From: a candidate division WWE3 bacterium RIFCSPHIGHO2_02_FULL_38_14 | GTDB taxonomy: Bacteria; Patescibacteriota; WWE3; UBA101185; UBA10185 | DNA length: 63,916 bases | Direction of reading: 5' to 3' | Assembly (NCBI GenBank): GCA_001772865.1 | Contig: MEVD01000015.1 | Location: 88,252 to 152,167, forward strand | Shown here: in pieces, positions 1 to 8,944 of the stretch | How the letters are laid out: each line of letters opens with the position of its first letter | Position numbering within the stretch: the first letter of the stretch is position 1 | The notes under the pieces: model-generated | Seen by the model: only the letters and a program-made list of their open reading frames with translations | What the model was told of the DNA's origin: nothing | Database searches by the model: none | Position numbers and translations under genes: made by a program

Positions 1-291
1 CCGAATGAAACACAGAATCCATATCAGCTTTATGGGATTTATCAGTGGGATACTGAAAATATTTCAGATGAAACATTTAAAAAGGCTGATTTTATAATCA
101 ATGAAAATACAAAAACGGAATTTGAAGTCGACGGACAGTTGGCAGTAAAAGGAATGATTAAAGGAGAAAGATCGAGATACTCAATAAATATTCTTATTAA
201 CGGTTACATTTTAAAACTTGCAGCCAGCGGAGAAGAGTCTTTCTCTAAATCTATTACCGATAAAATCGTTGATTCTATAGAGTTTAAATAA
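1..291 (+). CDS. 3' part of hypothetical protein, possibly PsbP-like C-terminal domain (truncated by window start)
   Basis: Frame 1 is open from base 1 (PNETQNPYQ...DKIVDSIEFK) to TAA at 289-291. The ending 'xxIVDSIEF' is typical of PsbP-like secreted proteins. Not in the ORF track. Confidence 0.55.
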   Translation, partial: PNETQNPYQLYGIYQWDTENISDETFKKADFIINENTKTEFEVDGQLAVKGMIKGERSRYSINILINGYILKLAASGEESFSKSITDKIVDSIEFK

Positions 292-310
292 AAACATTTT
301 ACCTAATATT

Positions 311-327
311 ATTCAGCATACTCTCAG
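311..327 (+). promoter_or_regulatory. Direct-repeat regulator site (ATTCAG-N5-TCTCAG), copy 1
   Basis: ATTCAGCATACTCTCAG; CAG ends are 11 bp apart; TAAATT lies 10 bp downstream. Matches copies at 4602, 6573 and 38556. Confidence 0.5.
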
Positions 328-383
328 AAAATTTTTGTAAATTAATTATCGATAGAAAGTTAATTTAAAAGGAGGTGTAAAAA

Positions 384-875
384 ATGATAAAAAATAAGTA
401 TTTAATTTTAAGTACATTAATGCTACTTACTGCCAGTCTTGGACTCCTAGTTAGCGGGAAATCAAACGCTTATGCCCAATCTAATACTAATTATCCTCCA
501 TTGATTCAAAAACTTATTGAAAGGTTTAATCTAAATACAACCGAAGTGGATGAGGTGATATTAGAAGCTAAAAACCAAAAACATGAAGAAATGAAGCAAA
601 ATCATAGTGAAAGGCTTGACCAAGCAGTAACAGAGGGAAAAATAACTTCAGAACAAAAGGACCAAATACTTGCCAAACTAGAAGACTGGCACAGTAAAAA
701 GGAAGATTTAATGAATTTAACTCCCGAGGAAAGAAAGACTAAAATGCAGGAAATGAGGACAGAACTGGAATCCTGGGTTGATGAGAATGGAATCGATATG
801 AGTTTACTTTTAGGATTTGGCCATAAAATATTTATGAAGGGATTCCATAATGGGTATATGATGGGACATTGGTAA
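384..875 (+). CDS. Secreted alpha-helical protein, loosely Spy/CpxP-like
   Basis: N-terminal signal peptide; charged helical body with ITSEQ and LTPEER motifs; strong SD GGAGG at 371-375. Confidence 0.5.
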   Translation: MIKNKYLILSTLMLLTASLGLLVSGKSNAYAQSNTNYPPLIQKLIERFNLNTTEVDEVILEAKNQKHEEMKQNHSERLDQAVTEGKITSEQKDQILAKLEDWHSKKEDLMNLTPEERKTKMQEMRTELESWVDENGIDMSLLLGFGHKIFMKGFHNGYMMGHW

Positions 876-914
876 TTGCTTGATTTTGGACAGGATAAAG
901 CAATAAGGCTACTT

Positions 915-940
915 GAGAGCCCCTATAAAAAGGGGTTCTC
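915..940 (+). terminator. Probable intrinsic terminator hairpin
   Basis: GAGAGCCCCT-ATAAAA-AGGGGTTCTC is a 10-bp stem (one G-U) about 40 bp after the 875 stop; the U-tail is short. Confidence 0.55.
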
Positions 941-973
941 TTAATCTGTTTAGTAAGTGTTAGAATCAGCCTA

Positions 974-1648
974 ATGAGACAAAGCTACAAAAATAAAAAA
1001 TTAGATTCAGGTTTTTATAACCGAGATGCACAAGAAGTGGCAAAAGATCTTTTAGGTAAAGTAATTTTTCATAAATACAAAAATATATGGCTGTCAGCTC
1101 AAATAATCGAAACTGAAGCTTATTATTTAAATGAAAAGGGGAGTCATGCTTCACTTGGTTATACAGAAAAAAGAAAAGCGCTTTTTATGCCGCCAGGAAC
1201 TATATATATGTACTACGCAAGGGGTAAGGATTCTTTTAATATAAGCACTAAAGGAGAAGGAAACGCAGTGCTAGTGAAATCAGGTTACCCGTATAAAGAT
1301 GCGGAAAATTACAATGAAATGATCAATATAATGCAGGAATTAAACTCTTTTAAAATTAAATTAAAACCAATTGAAAAACTTTGCTCAGGTCAAACCCTAT
1401 TATGCACGTCGTTAAATATAAAGGTGGGGGATTGGGATAAAAAACAGTTTGAAAAAGATAAATTGTATATTGCTTTTACCGGCTATAAACCCGAAAAAAT
1501 AATACAAACAACCAGACTGGGAATTCCCAAGGGCAGAGATCCCCACTTTATGTACAGATTCATTGATTTTAATTACTTAAAGTTTTGTACTAAAAATATA
1601 AATAAGAGCTCACGTATTAAAATCTTAAAATACAGCTATGGCATTTAA
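974..1648 (+). CDS. mpg: DNA-3-methyladenine glycosylase (MPG/AAG family)
   Basis: Motifs FYNRDAQEVAKDLLGK, IIETEAYY, PGTIYMY, GNAVLV, TTRLGI. Confidence 0.85.
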   Translation: MRQSYKNKKLDSGFYNRDAQEVAKDLLGKVIFHKYKNIWLSAQIIETEAYYLNEKGSHASLGYTEKRKALFMPPGTIYMYYARGKDSFNISTKGEGNAVLVKSGYPYKDAENYNEMINIMQELNSFKIKLKPIEKLCSGQTLLCTSLNIKVGDWDKKQFEKDKLYIAFTGYKPEKIIQTTRLGIPKGRDPHFMYRFIDFNYLKFCTKNINKSSRIKILKYSYGI

Positions 1649-1663
1649 TGTTAAAATCGGGTT

Positions 1664-2494
1664 GTGGACAAACTTGACTTAATAAAAAGTAATAAGGAAT
1701 TAGTTCAATATTATGATGATTTTAATAAAACAGTAAAAAAATATATTAACATTAAAGCAAAATATTCAGATCAAGAGTTGCCTTATACCCAAAGCAAGTT
1801 CGGTGGAAAACCTTACTTAATCGATAAAGAAAAATACCCTTATGGCACTGACGGAAATCCTTTAAAACTTTTAGCTCAGTTAAATTTTACAGAAATTCCT
1901 CATTTAAATAATTTTCCAGAAGATGGTATTTTGCAATTTTATATTTCTTTTATAGATAAATTGGGTCTTTTAGGTGCAGATTTTGATAACCCAACAAAAC
2001 AAGATTTATTCAGAATAATTTACATTCAGGGAGATGTAGTTGATGAAAATACAGCAATACGTGATTATCAATTTCCCGAAACTGGCAAAGATTATTATTT
2101 TCCGGTTACAGGGGAATTCAAACTTGATTTTAAAATAATAGAAGAACTAATTTCATATCAAGATCACAGATTCAGCCAAACAATCGGAAATAGACCGCAC
2201 AAATTGGACATTTCCGAAACCACTTTAGACGAACTCTATAAAATAACAGATTCAAACGTACATAAAATCGGAGGATATCCGCATTTCACACAATGGGATC
2301 CAAGAGACAGAGACGGATATAGAGATTATGATACTCTGCTTTTTCAAATTACAAGCCAGCATACAGCGGATAATCTAAATAAACCTGCTGAGATAATGTG
2401 GGGAGATATGGGAGTAGCGAACTTTTTTATAAAGTCGGAAAAATTAATTCAGCGGGATTTTACCGATGTACTTTATAATTGGGATTGTTTTTAA
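1664..2494 (+). CDS. YwqG/DUF1963 family protein
   Basis: SKFGGKPY, LAQLNF, GILQFYI, HKIGGYPHFTQ, MWGDMGVANFFI, YNWDC; GTG start. Confidence 0.85.
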   Translation: MDKLDLIKSNKELVQYYDDFNKTVKKYINIKAKYSDQELPYTQSKFGGKPYLIDKEKYPYGTDGNPLKLLAQLNFTEIPHLNNFPEDGILQFYISFIDKLGLLGADFDNPTKQDLFRIIYIQGDVVDENTAIRDYQFPETGKDYYFPVTGEFKLDFKIIEELISYQDHRFSQTIGNRPHKLDISETTLDELYKITDSNVHKIGGYPHFTQWDPRDRDGYRDYDTLLFQITSQHTADNLNKPAEIMWGDMGVANFFIKSEKLIQRDFTDVLYNWDCF

Positions 2495-2515
2495 ACTTCA
2501 ACCAAAATAATAAAT

Positions 2516-3361
2516 CTACTTCTTTAAACTCTCATTTAAAAAAACTAAAGTTTTATTCCAGGCTTCCTTAGTTTCATTAGGTGCATAGTTTTGCCCCGAC
2601 GGGTTTGCAAAAGCGTGTCCGACGCCCGGATAAACCTTTATTTCATTTTCAATATTTAATTTCTGCAATGACTGATAAAACTCGTTTACGGTTTCAACGG
2701 GTATAGATGTATCAGTTTCTCCGAATATTCCAAGTACCGGCCACTTAATAACTGAAAGCTTCTCAGTATCAGTTACAAGTGTGCCATAATAAATAACTGT
2801 TGCGTCAAGCTCCTGACCGCTCAGTGCCAGTTGTAGCGACTGACCTCCCCCGAAGCACCACCCTAAAGAAGCTAATTTAACCGCTCCATCTTTTCTTAAA
2901 AACTCAATAGCAGCTTTCATATTATTAAGCGCTTTTTCCTGATCTAATGATGAGGTCAATTCCCGCGCTTCGTCAGATGTTTGAGCGACTTTTCCATTGT
3001 ACAAATCAACAGCCAGTACCAAATACCCGTTCGAAGCAAGTCTGTCTGCCATATCTTTTATGTTTCTGTTTAAACCCCACCATTCGTGGATCATCACAAC
3101 TCCGGAATAACTTCCTTCAACCTTAGGTTTTGCGTAATATCCAAGAGCGCCTTCATAATATTGAATCAGTTCATTATCAACATCAAATTCTCCGAAACTT
3201 GCAATCATTTGTGAATTAGTAGTTTGATCTGACAGAGACTGTGTAGCCGGCTCTTTTTCATCAATCGGAACAGAGGGTTTTTGCAAATTATTTAATAAGA
3301 AAAATGCAACCCCAGTTAATAAGAGTATTGCCACGGTGCCGACTACCCAAGGTTTTTTCAT
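2516..3361 (-). CDS. Dienelactone hydrolase family protein with N-terminal membrane anchor
   Basis: HEWWGLN, GWCFGG nucleophile motif, GETD, GHAFANP. Confidence 0.9.
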   Translation of the reverse strand: MKKPWVVGTVAILLLTGVAFFLLNNLQKPSVPIDEKEPATQSLSDQTTNSQMIASFGEFDVDNELIQYYEGALGYYAKPKVEGSYSGVVMIHEWWGLNRNIKDMADRLASNGYLVLAVDLYNGKVAQTSDEARELTSSLDQEKALNNMKAAIEFLRKDGAVKLASLGWCFGGGQSLQLALSGQELDATVIYYGTLVTDTEKLSVIKWPVLGIFGETDTSIPVETVNEFYQSLQKLNIENEIKVYPGVGHAFANPSGQNYAPNETKEAWNKTLVFLNESLKK

Positions 3362-3442
3362 GTATAGATTATTACAAATATAAGTGTGCTTTGCAAAAAT
3401 TCTTGGTTTTAAATTTCTTTTATATATTGATAAAATAAAACA

Positions 3443-4573
3443 ATGTACCGGATACTTTCATTATTACTGGTTTTAGTAGTATTTTTATTTGTAACAGTCA
3501 AGGTTTTTTATTTAACGCCTTCAGACCTTAATGAACCAAAACCATTAAATAACACGATAACTTTATCTCCCACTCCTGCGCCTTCAGTTACAACTTCTTC
3601 CGATTCAACTCCGGTCACTCTCATCAAACCGGCCGAACAAAAAACATTAAAAAACGACTTCCATATTTTTCAAACTTTCAACAACTGCGGTCCGGCTTCA
3701 TTATCTATGGCTCTTTCGTACTTTGGAATAAAAGCAAGCCAAAAAGTAATAGGCGACGGTTTAAGGCCGTATCAAAACCCTCAGGGAGACAATGATGACA
3801 AATCCGTAACTTTAAACGAAATGAGAGAAAAAGCAAAAGAGTACGGTCTAATCCCGTTCCATAGACCTAATGGAAACATTAACCTAATTAAGTATTTTAT
3901 AGCATATGACATTCCGATTATTGCATTTACCTGGACTAAACCCGACGAAGATATCGGACATTATAGGGTGGTGAAAGGTTACGATGACAATTCCAATGAA
4001 TTAATTCAGGACGACTCGCTGCAGGGGAAAAATCTAAAGTTTAAATATGATGACTTCAATGTTTTATGGCATAAATTCAATTATGAGTACTTAGTTTTAG
4101 TACCAAAAGATAAAGTCGCTATTGCAGAAGCAATTTTAGGCGAAAATAAAGATGAAAGTAAGGCATGGAAAAACGCTATTGATATTCTAACGAAATTCTT
4201 GGAAAAAAACCCAGGCGACGTGCCGGCCAGGTTCAGTTTGTCGATTTCTTATTTTTACATTGGAGATTATAAAAAATCTATTGAGCAGTTTGAAATGGTC
4301 CAAAGCAAACTCTCAAAAAGAGCTTTGTGGTATCAAATTGAACCGATTCAGGCTTATTTTGAATTGGGAGATTATAATAAAGTATTTGAAATTTCCGATA
4401 ATATCTTAAATAAGGGCAACAGAGCTTTTTCGGAATTATATATGCTCAGAGGAAAAATCTACCTGATCAAAGGGGAGTTAAAAAACGCCAAAGCGGAATT
4501 TGAAAAAGCAGTTTTCTATAATAAAAATATGGAAGAAGCCCAAGAAGCACTCAGAAAATCAAGTTCAGTATAA
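3443..4573 (+). CDS. C39-like cysteine peptidase with C-terminal TPR repeats
   Basis: QTFNNCGPASLSMAL, GHYRVVKGYD, QDDS; TPR-like C-terminus; N-terminal TM/signal. Confidence 0.75.
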   Translation: MYRILSLLLVLVVFLFVTVKVFYLTPSDLNEPKPLNNTITLSPTPAPSVTTSSDSTPVTLIKPAEQKTLKNDFHIFQTFNNCGPASLSMALSYFGIKASQKVIGDGLRPYQNPQGDNDDKSVTLNEMREKAKEYGLIPFHRPNGNINLIKYFIAYDIPIIAFTWTKPDEDIGHYRVVKGYDDNSNELIQDDSLQGKNLKFKYDDFNVLWHKFNYEYLVLVPKDKVAIAEAILGENKDESKAWKNAIDILTKFLEKNPGDVPARFSLSISYFYIGDYKKSIEQFEMVQSKLSKRALWYQIEPIQAYFELGDYNKVFEISDNILNKGNRAFSELYMLRGKIYLIKGELKNAKAEFEKAVFYNKNMEEAQEALRKSSSV

Positions 4574-4601
4574 ATTGCTGAGATTTCAACAAATAACAAG
4601 T

Positions 4602-4618
4602 TCTCAGTAATCTCTCAG
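4602..4618 (+). promoter_or_regulatory. Direct-repeat regulator site TCTCAG-N5-TCTCAG, copy 2, followed by extended -10
   Basis: Perfect TCTCAG-TAATC-TCTCAG, then TG-c-TATTAT at 4626-4634, upstream of ATG 4647. Confidence 0.6.
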
Positions 4619-4646
4619 AAACTACTGCTATTATAAATAGGAAATC

Positions 4647-5795
4647 ATGAAAAAGCCCTTATTTTTATCTGTACTTTTAATTACATTTTTCTTTGGAACA
4701 ACTTTGTTAATTTTAAATGGTAATAATTTTCGTCAGGTGTTAAGTCCTATCAATATTACAGATGAAACTGATGCGGAAGGTGAATATTTTAAAGGCGGTT
4801 TAGAGGCAACTAAAGAAGAAATACACCCATTGTCAATACAATATCTTAGAAATGCCGAGACACCCGGAAGCGATCTTATAATTGAACAAACTTTAACTCC
4901 CGGATCCAACTACCAACGCTATATTGCTTCATATAAAGCCGAGGGATTAAAAATTTATGCACTTTTAACTATTCCTAATGGCACAAAACCCAAATCGGGC
5001 TGGCCGGTGGTCATATTCAACCATGGTTATATTCCTCCAACCCAATATAAAACTACAGAAAGATATATTGCTTATACAGATGCTTTTTCAAGAAACGGTT
5101 ATATCTTATTAAGGTCCGACTACCGTGGGCACGGCAATTCCGAAGGAACTGCAAGAGGAGGGTATGGATCCCCCAATTATACAATCGACATTTTAAACGC
5201 GGTAGAATCAATTAAGAAACATCCGGATGCAGATCCAAACAGAATTGGAATGTGGGGGCACTCAATGGGAGGTTATATTACGTTAAGATCTATGGTATCA
5301 AGAAATGATATTAAAGCGGGAGTTATATGGGCAGGAGTTGTAGTATCTTACGAAGACCTCCTATACAATTGGCGTAGAAATACCGCTTCGGCTGCAGGGC
5401 AACAGAACACGAATCCCGAAACAATCCTATCTCCAACCCCCACACCTTTCAGTTCACGCGGCAGAAGCTGGAGAGCAGAATTGATACAAAATTACGGTCC
5501 TCCAGAAGAAAACCCGGAATTTTGGAACAGCATTTCGGCTACCGGATATTTAAATGAAATTTCAGGACCGCTGCAACTTCATCATGGCACTTCAGACACG
5601 TCGGTTCCGCTTAGATTCTCGGAAAAACTGGAACAGTTGATGAAAGATGAAGGAAAATCCGTTGAACTATTTACTTATGCAGGAAATGATCATAATATAT
5701 CGGCAAGTTTTAATACAGCTATAAAAAGATCCGTGGATTTTTTTGATAAATATGTTAAATCATCCACAACATCCAGTGAATCAAATGAAACATAA
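4647..5795 (+). CDS. Secreted alpha/beta hydrolase (S9 prolyl oligopeptidase-like)
   Basis: HGY, DYRGHG, GHSMGG nucleophile, HGTSD, NDH catalytic His; signal peptide. Confidence 0.85.
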   Translation: MKKPLFLSVLLITFFFGTTLLILNGNNFRQVLSPINITDETDAEGEYFKGGLEATKEEIHPLSIQYLRNAETPGSDLIIEQTLTPGSNYQRYIASYKAEGLKIYALLTIPNGTKPKSGWPVVIFNHGYIPPTQYKTTERYIAYTDAFSRNGYILLRSDYRGHGNSEGTARGGYGSPNYTIDILNAVESIKKHPDADPNRIGMWGHSMGGYITLRSMVSRNDIKAGVIWAGVVVSYEDLLYNWRRNTASAAGQQNTNPETILSPTPTPFSSRGRSWRAELIQNYGPPEENPEFWNSISATGYLNEISGPLQLHHGTSDTSVPLRFSEKLEQLMKDEGKSVELFTYAGNDHNISASFNTAIKRSVDFFDKYVKSSTTSSESNET

Positions 5796-6573
5796 CAAAT
5801 ATAAATTATTTTTAATTTTATTATCCGGTATTGCGTTATTTTTACTTTACTCAACCCACCTCAACAATAAATTAAATCCTACAGGTGCTCCTCCTTACAG
5901 TGAAGCAGAGGAAGAAGTGCCAGATACAACACCTTTTTCAAAATTCGTTAACTGGAAAAGACCTGACGGTCCGGCAAAAGTGGGAATTCAAATAGGGCAT
6001 TGGAAAAGCAACGAACTGCCCGACGAGCTTGAAAAACTAAGATCAAGCACCGGTACATCCGGGGGCGGAAAATACGAATGGGAAGTGAACCTGGAAATTT
6101 CCAAAGAACTTGTTAAATTATTAGAAACTAATGGAATTACTACAGAATTACTTCCGGCAACTGTACCACCTGAATACTGGGCAGATGTTTTTATATCAAT
6201 ACATGCTGACGGGAGTCTTAATAGATTAACAAACGGATTTAAAATTGCCACACCCTGGAGAGACTGGTCATTAAAGGGTAGTAAAGCTGCAGATTTTATT
6301 GAAATATCTTACGGAAAAATTACTAATTTTCCAAAAGATCCGAAAATTACCAGGAATATGAAAGGATATTATGCATTTTCCTGGTGGAAATACGAACACG
6401 CGGTACATCCTATGACAACTTCTTTAATAATTGAGACAGGTTTTTTAACAAATCCGTATGAACAACGCATATTAATAAACAAACCCGAATTAATTGCACG
6501 TGGAATTGCTGAAGGACTAATAAACTATTTGGATTCCGAAAACCTGCTTACAAAACAAGATGTCCAACAGTAA
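5785..6573 (+). CDS. N-acetylmuramoyl-L-alanine amidase (Amidase_3 family)
   Basis: IQIGH, EWEVNL, FISIHADG, IIETGFL Zn/catalytic motifs. Start moved from the track's 5743 to ATG 5785 (MKHNKYK followed by a TM segment). Confidence 0.75.
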   Translation: MKHNKYKLFLILLSGIALFLLYSTHLNNKLNPTGAPPYSEAEEEVPDTTPFSKFVNWKRPDGPAKVGIQIGHWKSNELPDELEKLRSSTGTSGGGKYEWEVNLEISKELVKLLETNGITTELLPATVPPEYWADVFISIHADGSLNRLTNGFKIATPWRDWSLKGSKAADFIEISYGKITNFPKDPKITRNMKGYYAFSWWKYEHAVHPMTTSLIIETGFLTNPYEQRILINKPELIARGIAEGLINYLDSENLLTKQDVQQ

Positions 6574-6604
6574 TTCAGCTAATTCTCAGGATTGAGATTA
6601 TAAT
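6573..6604 (+). promoter_or_regulatory. Direct-repeat site copy 3 plus TATAAT upstream of the response regulator (probable autoregulation)
   Basis: ATTCAGCTAATTCTCAG at 6573-6589; TATAAT at 6599-6604; ATG at 6612. Confidence 0.55.
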
Positions 6605-6611
6605 AAAAACC

Positions 6612-7295
6612 ATGAAAATACTGGTAGTTGAAGACGAACACAAAATTGCTGGTGCCATAAAAAGGGGGCTGGAGCAAGAAGGGTATACAGTCCAAATTTC
6701 TTATGACGGCGTTGAAGGTTTTGATCTGGCCTCAACCGAAGAATATTCCGTTATAATTTTAGATTTGATGCTACCTAATATAGATGGTTTAACTATTTGC
6801 AAAAATTTAAGAAATGAAAAAATTCACACACCCATACTAATGCTCACCGCCAAAGGCGAGACTGAAGATAAAATATTAGGCTTAAATTCCGGGGCAGACG
6901 ATTATCTAGCTAAGCCATTCGCTTTTGAGGAATTATTGGCAAGAATCAGATCATTATTACGCAGACCGGCCGAAGTTACCGATAATAAGCTTTACGCCGG
7001 CGATTTAATAATGGATTTGAATAGTTTAATAGTAAGAAGAAACAATAAAGTAATCCAATTATCAAAAAGAGAGTTCACCTTGCTCGAATATTTAATGAGA
7101 AATAAAAACAAAATTCTTACAAAAGACCAAATTATAAATTTTGTTTGGAATTATGAATCAGACATTCTACCCAATACCGTTGAACAGTACATAGGATACC
7201 TTAGAAACAAAATAGACAAGCCTTTTAAAAACAGCATACAACTAATTAAAACCGCACGGGGATTCGGTTATGTTTTGAGAGAGAAAGAAAATTAA
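6612..7295 (+). CDS. OmpR/PhoB-family response regulator
   Basis: VVEDE, ILDLMLP, MLTAK, GADDYLAKPF receiver; wHTH with TARGFGY. Confidence 0.95.
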   Translation: MKILVVEDEHKIAGAIKRGLEQEGYTVQISYDGVEGFDLASTEEYSVIILDLMLPNIDGLTICKNLRNEKIHTPILMLTAKGETEDKILGLNSGADDYLAKPFAFEELLARIRSLLRRPAEVTDNKLYAGDLIMDLNSLIVRRNNKVIQLSKREFTLLEYLMRNKNKILTKDQIINFVWNYESDILPNTVEQYIGYLRNKIDKPFKNSIQLIKTARGFGYVLREKEN

Positions 7296-8311
7296 TGTTC
7301 CAGTCGGCAAAATTAAAATTAACAGCATGGTACTTATTAATAATAATGTCGGTAACAATTTCTTTTAGTGCATTTGTTTATTTCGGTGTTAAAAATGTGG
7401 CTCAAAGGGCGCTTGAAGTTCAAAGTGTCAGAATAGAGCGTCATTTTATGAATTTTAAACTCAACGGAATTGTTGAACGCCCTTTCCCACGATTTGATGA
7501 AGATGCTTTAAATGAAATTAGCAGAAAGACATTAATCATTCTATCGGTAATCAACGCTGTTATTTTAATAGGAGCAGGAACATTGGGGTATTTACTGGCT
7601 GGTTATACTTTAAAACCGATTGAATTAATGATAACAAAACAAAAAAGATTTATATCTGACGCTGCTCATGAGCTAAAAACACCGCTTACAGCTATGAAAA
7701 CCGATTTAGAAGTATCACTCCGAAATAAAGACTTAAACATTAATGAAGCTAAAAAAAGTATGGGAAGTGCTGTAGAAGAAATCGACAAATTATATTACTT
7801 TTCTAACAAGCTGCTAAAACAAAGCAAATACCAGAACGGATTCACAAATGAGAAAATGGAAAAAACCGATCTCGATAAATTATTAATAAACGTAATATCA
7901 AAGATGGAAAAACTTTCAGAAGAAAAACATATAAGAATTATTTCAAAATTAATACAGGTAAAAATAAATGCACACAAAGAAAGTCTGGAACAGGTGTTTA
8001 ACAATTTAATCGAAAATGCCATTAAATTCAGTAAACCTGAACAAAATATCGAAGTAAATTTATACACTTCGGAAGGATATGCAAAAATCGAAATAATAGA
8101 TTACGGTATCGGAATCGGAGATAATGATTTACCGTATATCTTTGAGCCGTTTTATCAGGCCGATAAATCCAGATCAAAAGAAATCCACAAAGGATACGGG
8201 TTGGGACTAGCTATATCTAAAGAAATAGTAGAAAAGCACGGCGGTACTATTGAAGTACAAAGCAAAATTAATGAAGAAACAAAATTTACTATTAAATTGC
8301 CTTTACGGTAA
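7295..8311 (+). CDS. Sensor histidine kinase
   Basis: Two TMs, H-box DAAHELKTPL, N-box NLIENAIKF, DYGIGI, GYGLGLAI. Confidence 0.95.
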   Translation: MFQSAKLKLTAWYLLIIMSVTISFSAFVYFGVKNVAQRALEVQSVRIERHFMNFKLNGIVERPFPRFDEDALNEISRKTLIILSVINAVILIGAGTLGYLLAGYTLKPIELMITKQKRFISDAAHELKTPLTAMKTDLEVSLRNKDLNINEAKKSMGSAVEEIDKLYYFSNKLLKQSKYQNGFTNEKMEKTDLDKLLINVISKMEKLSEEKHIRIISKLIQVKINAHKESLEQVFNNLIENAIKFSKPEQNIEVNLYTSEGYAKIEIIDYGIGIGDNDLPYIFEPFYQADKSRSKEIHKGYGLGLAISKEIVEKHGGTIEVQSKINEETKFTIKLPLR

Positions 8312-8405
8312 AATATAATTATAGATCTTCCGTACTAATTTATTTACAAGGAATTTAATCTCCGGGACAGGTGCGAGTTCTTTGTATTAATAGGAGGTGA
8401 GTTTT

Positions 8406-8942
8406 ATGGAACCAAGCAATGAATCAAAAAACGGAAATTTAGTGGGTCTGGCTTTACTTGGAATTATTGCTGTAGTTGTTGTAATAGGATTTATCTTATC
8501 TCAAGGTCAGGGTTCTAATACCGGCAATTCAGTTGAGAATAAAGTAAAAATGGAGGAACTGCAGAATGGAAATAAGTTAATTAAGGAAAGCACCGAGGGA
8601 GAAAATGATACTTTGGGTGAAACCGGCGAAAGCACCACAAGCACACCTTCGGCGACTGGAACAACACAAGTTAAAGAGTTTATAGTTAAAGGCAGCAATT
8701 TTAAATTCGACATAACAGAAATAAAAGTAAAAGTCGGAGATAAAGTTAAGATGACATTCGAAAATACCGGGGGTTTTCATGACTGGAACCTTGATGAATT
8801 TAATGTAGGTACTAAAGTATTAAACATCGGAGAAAAAGAAACAGTTGAATTTACCGCATCTAAAGCCGGAACCTTCGAATACTATTGTTCGGTAGGACAG
8901 CATAGACAAATGGGGATGAAGGGAAACCTGATCGTAGAATAA
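8406..8942 (+). CDS. Membrane-anchored cupredoxin (type-1 copper) protein
   Basis: Ligands H (FHDW) and C-H-M (YYCSVGQHRQMGM); N-terminal TM and S/T/E-rich linker. Start moved to ATG 8406, downstream of SD GGAGG at 8393-8397. Confidence 0.85.
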   Translation: MEPSNESKNGNLVGLALLGIIAVVVVIGFILSQGQGSNTGNSVENKVKMEELQNGNKLIKESTEGENDTLGETGESTTSTPSATGTTQVKEFIVKGSNFKFDITEIKVKVGDKVKMTFENTGGFHDWNLDEFNVGTKVLNIGEKETVEFTASKAGTFEYYCSVGQHRQMGMKGNLIVE

Positions 8943-8944
8943 AG

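Noticed and set aside
4577-4607. CTGAGA...TCTCAG inverted repeat as a terminator for the C39/TPR gene
   Set aside because: Only about 6 bp with a long loop and no U-tract; the right arm is better explained as part of the direct-repeat box.
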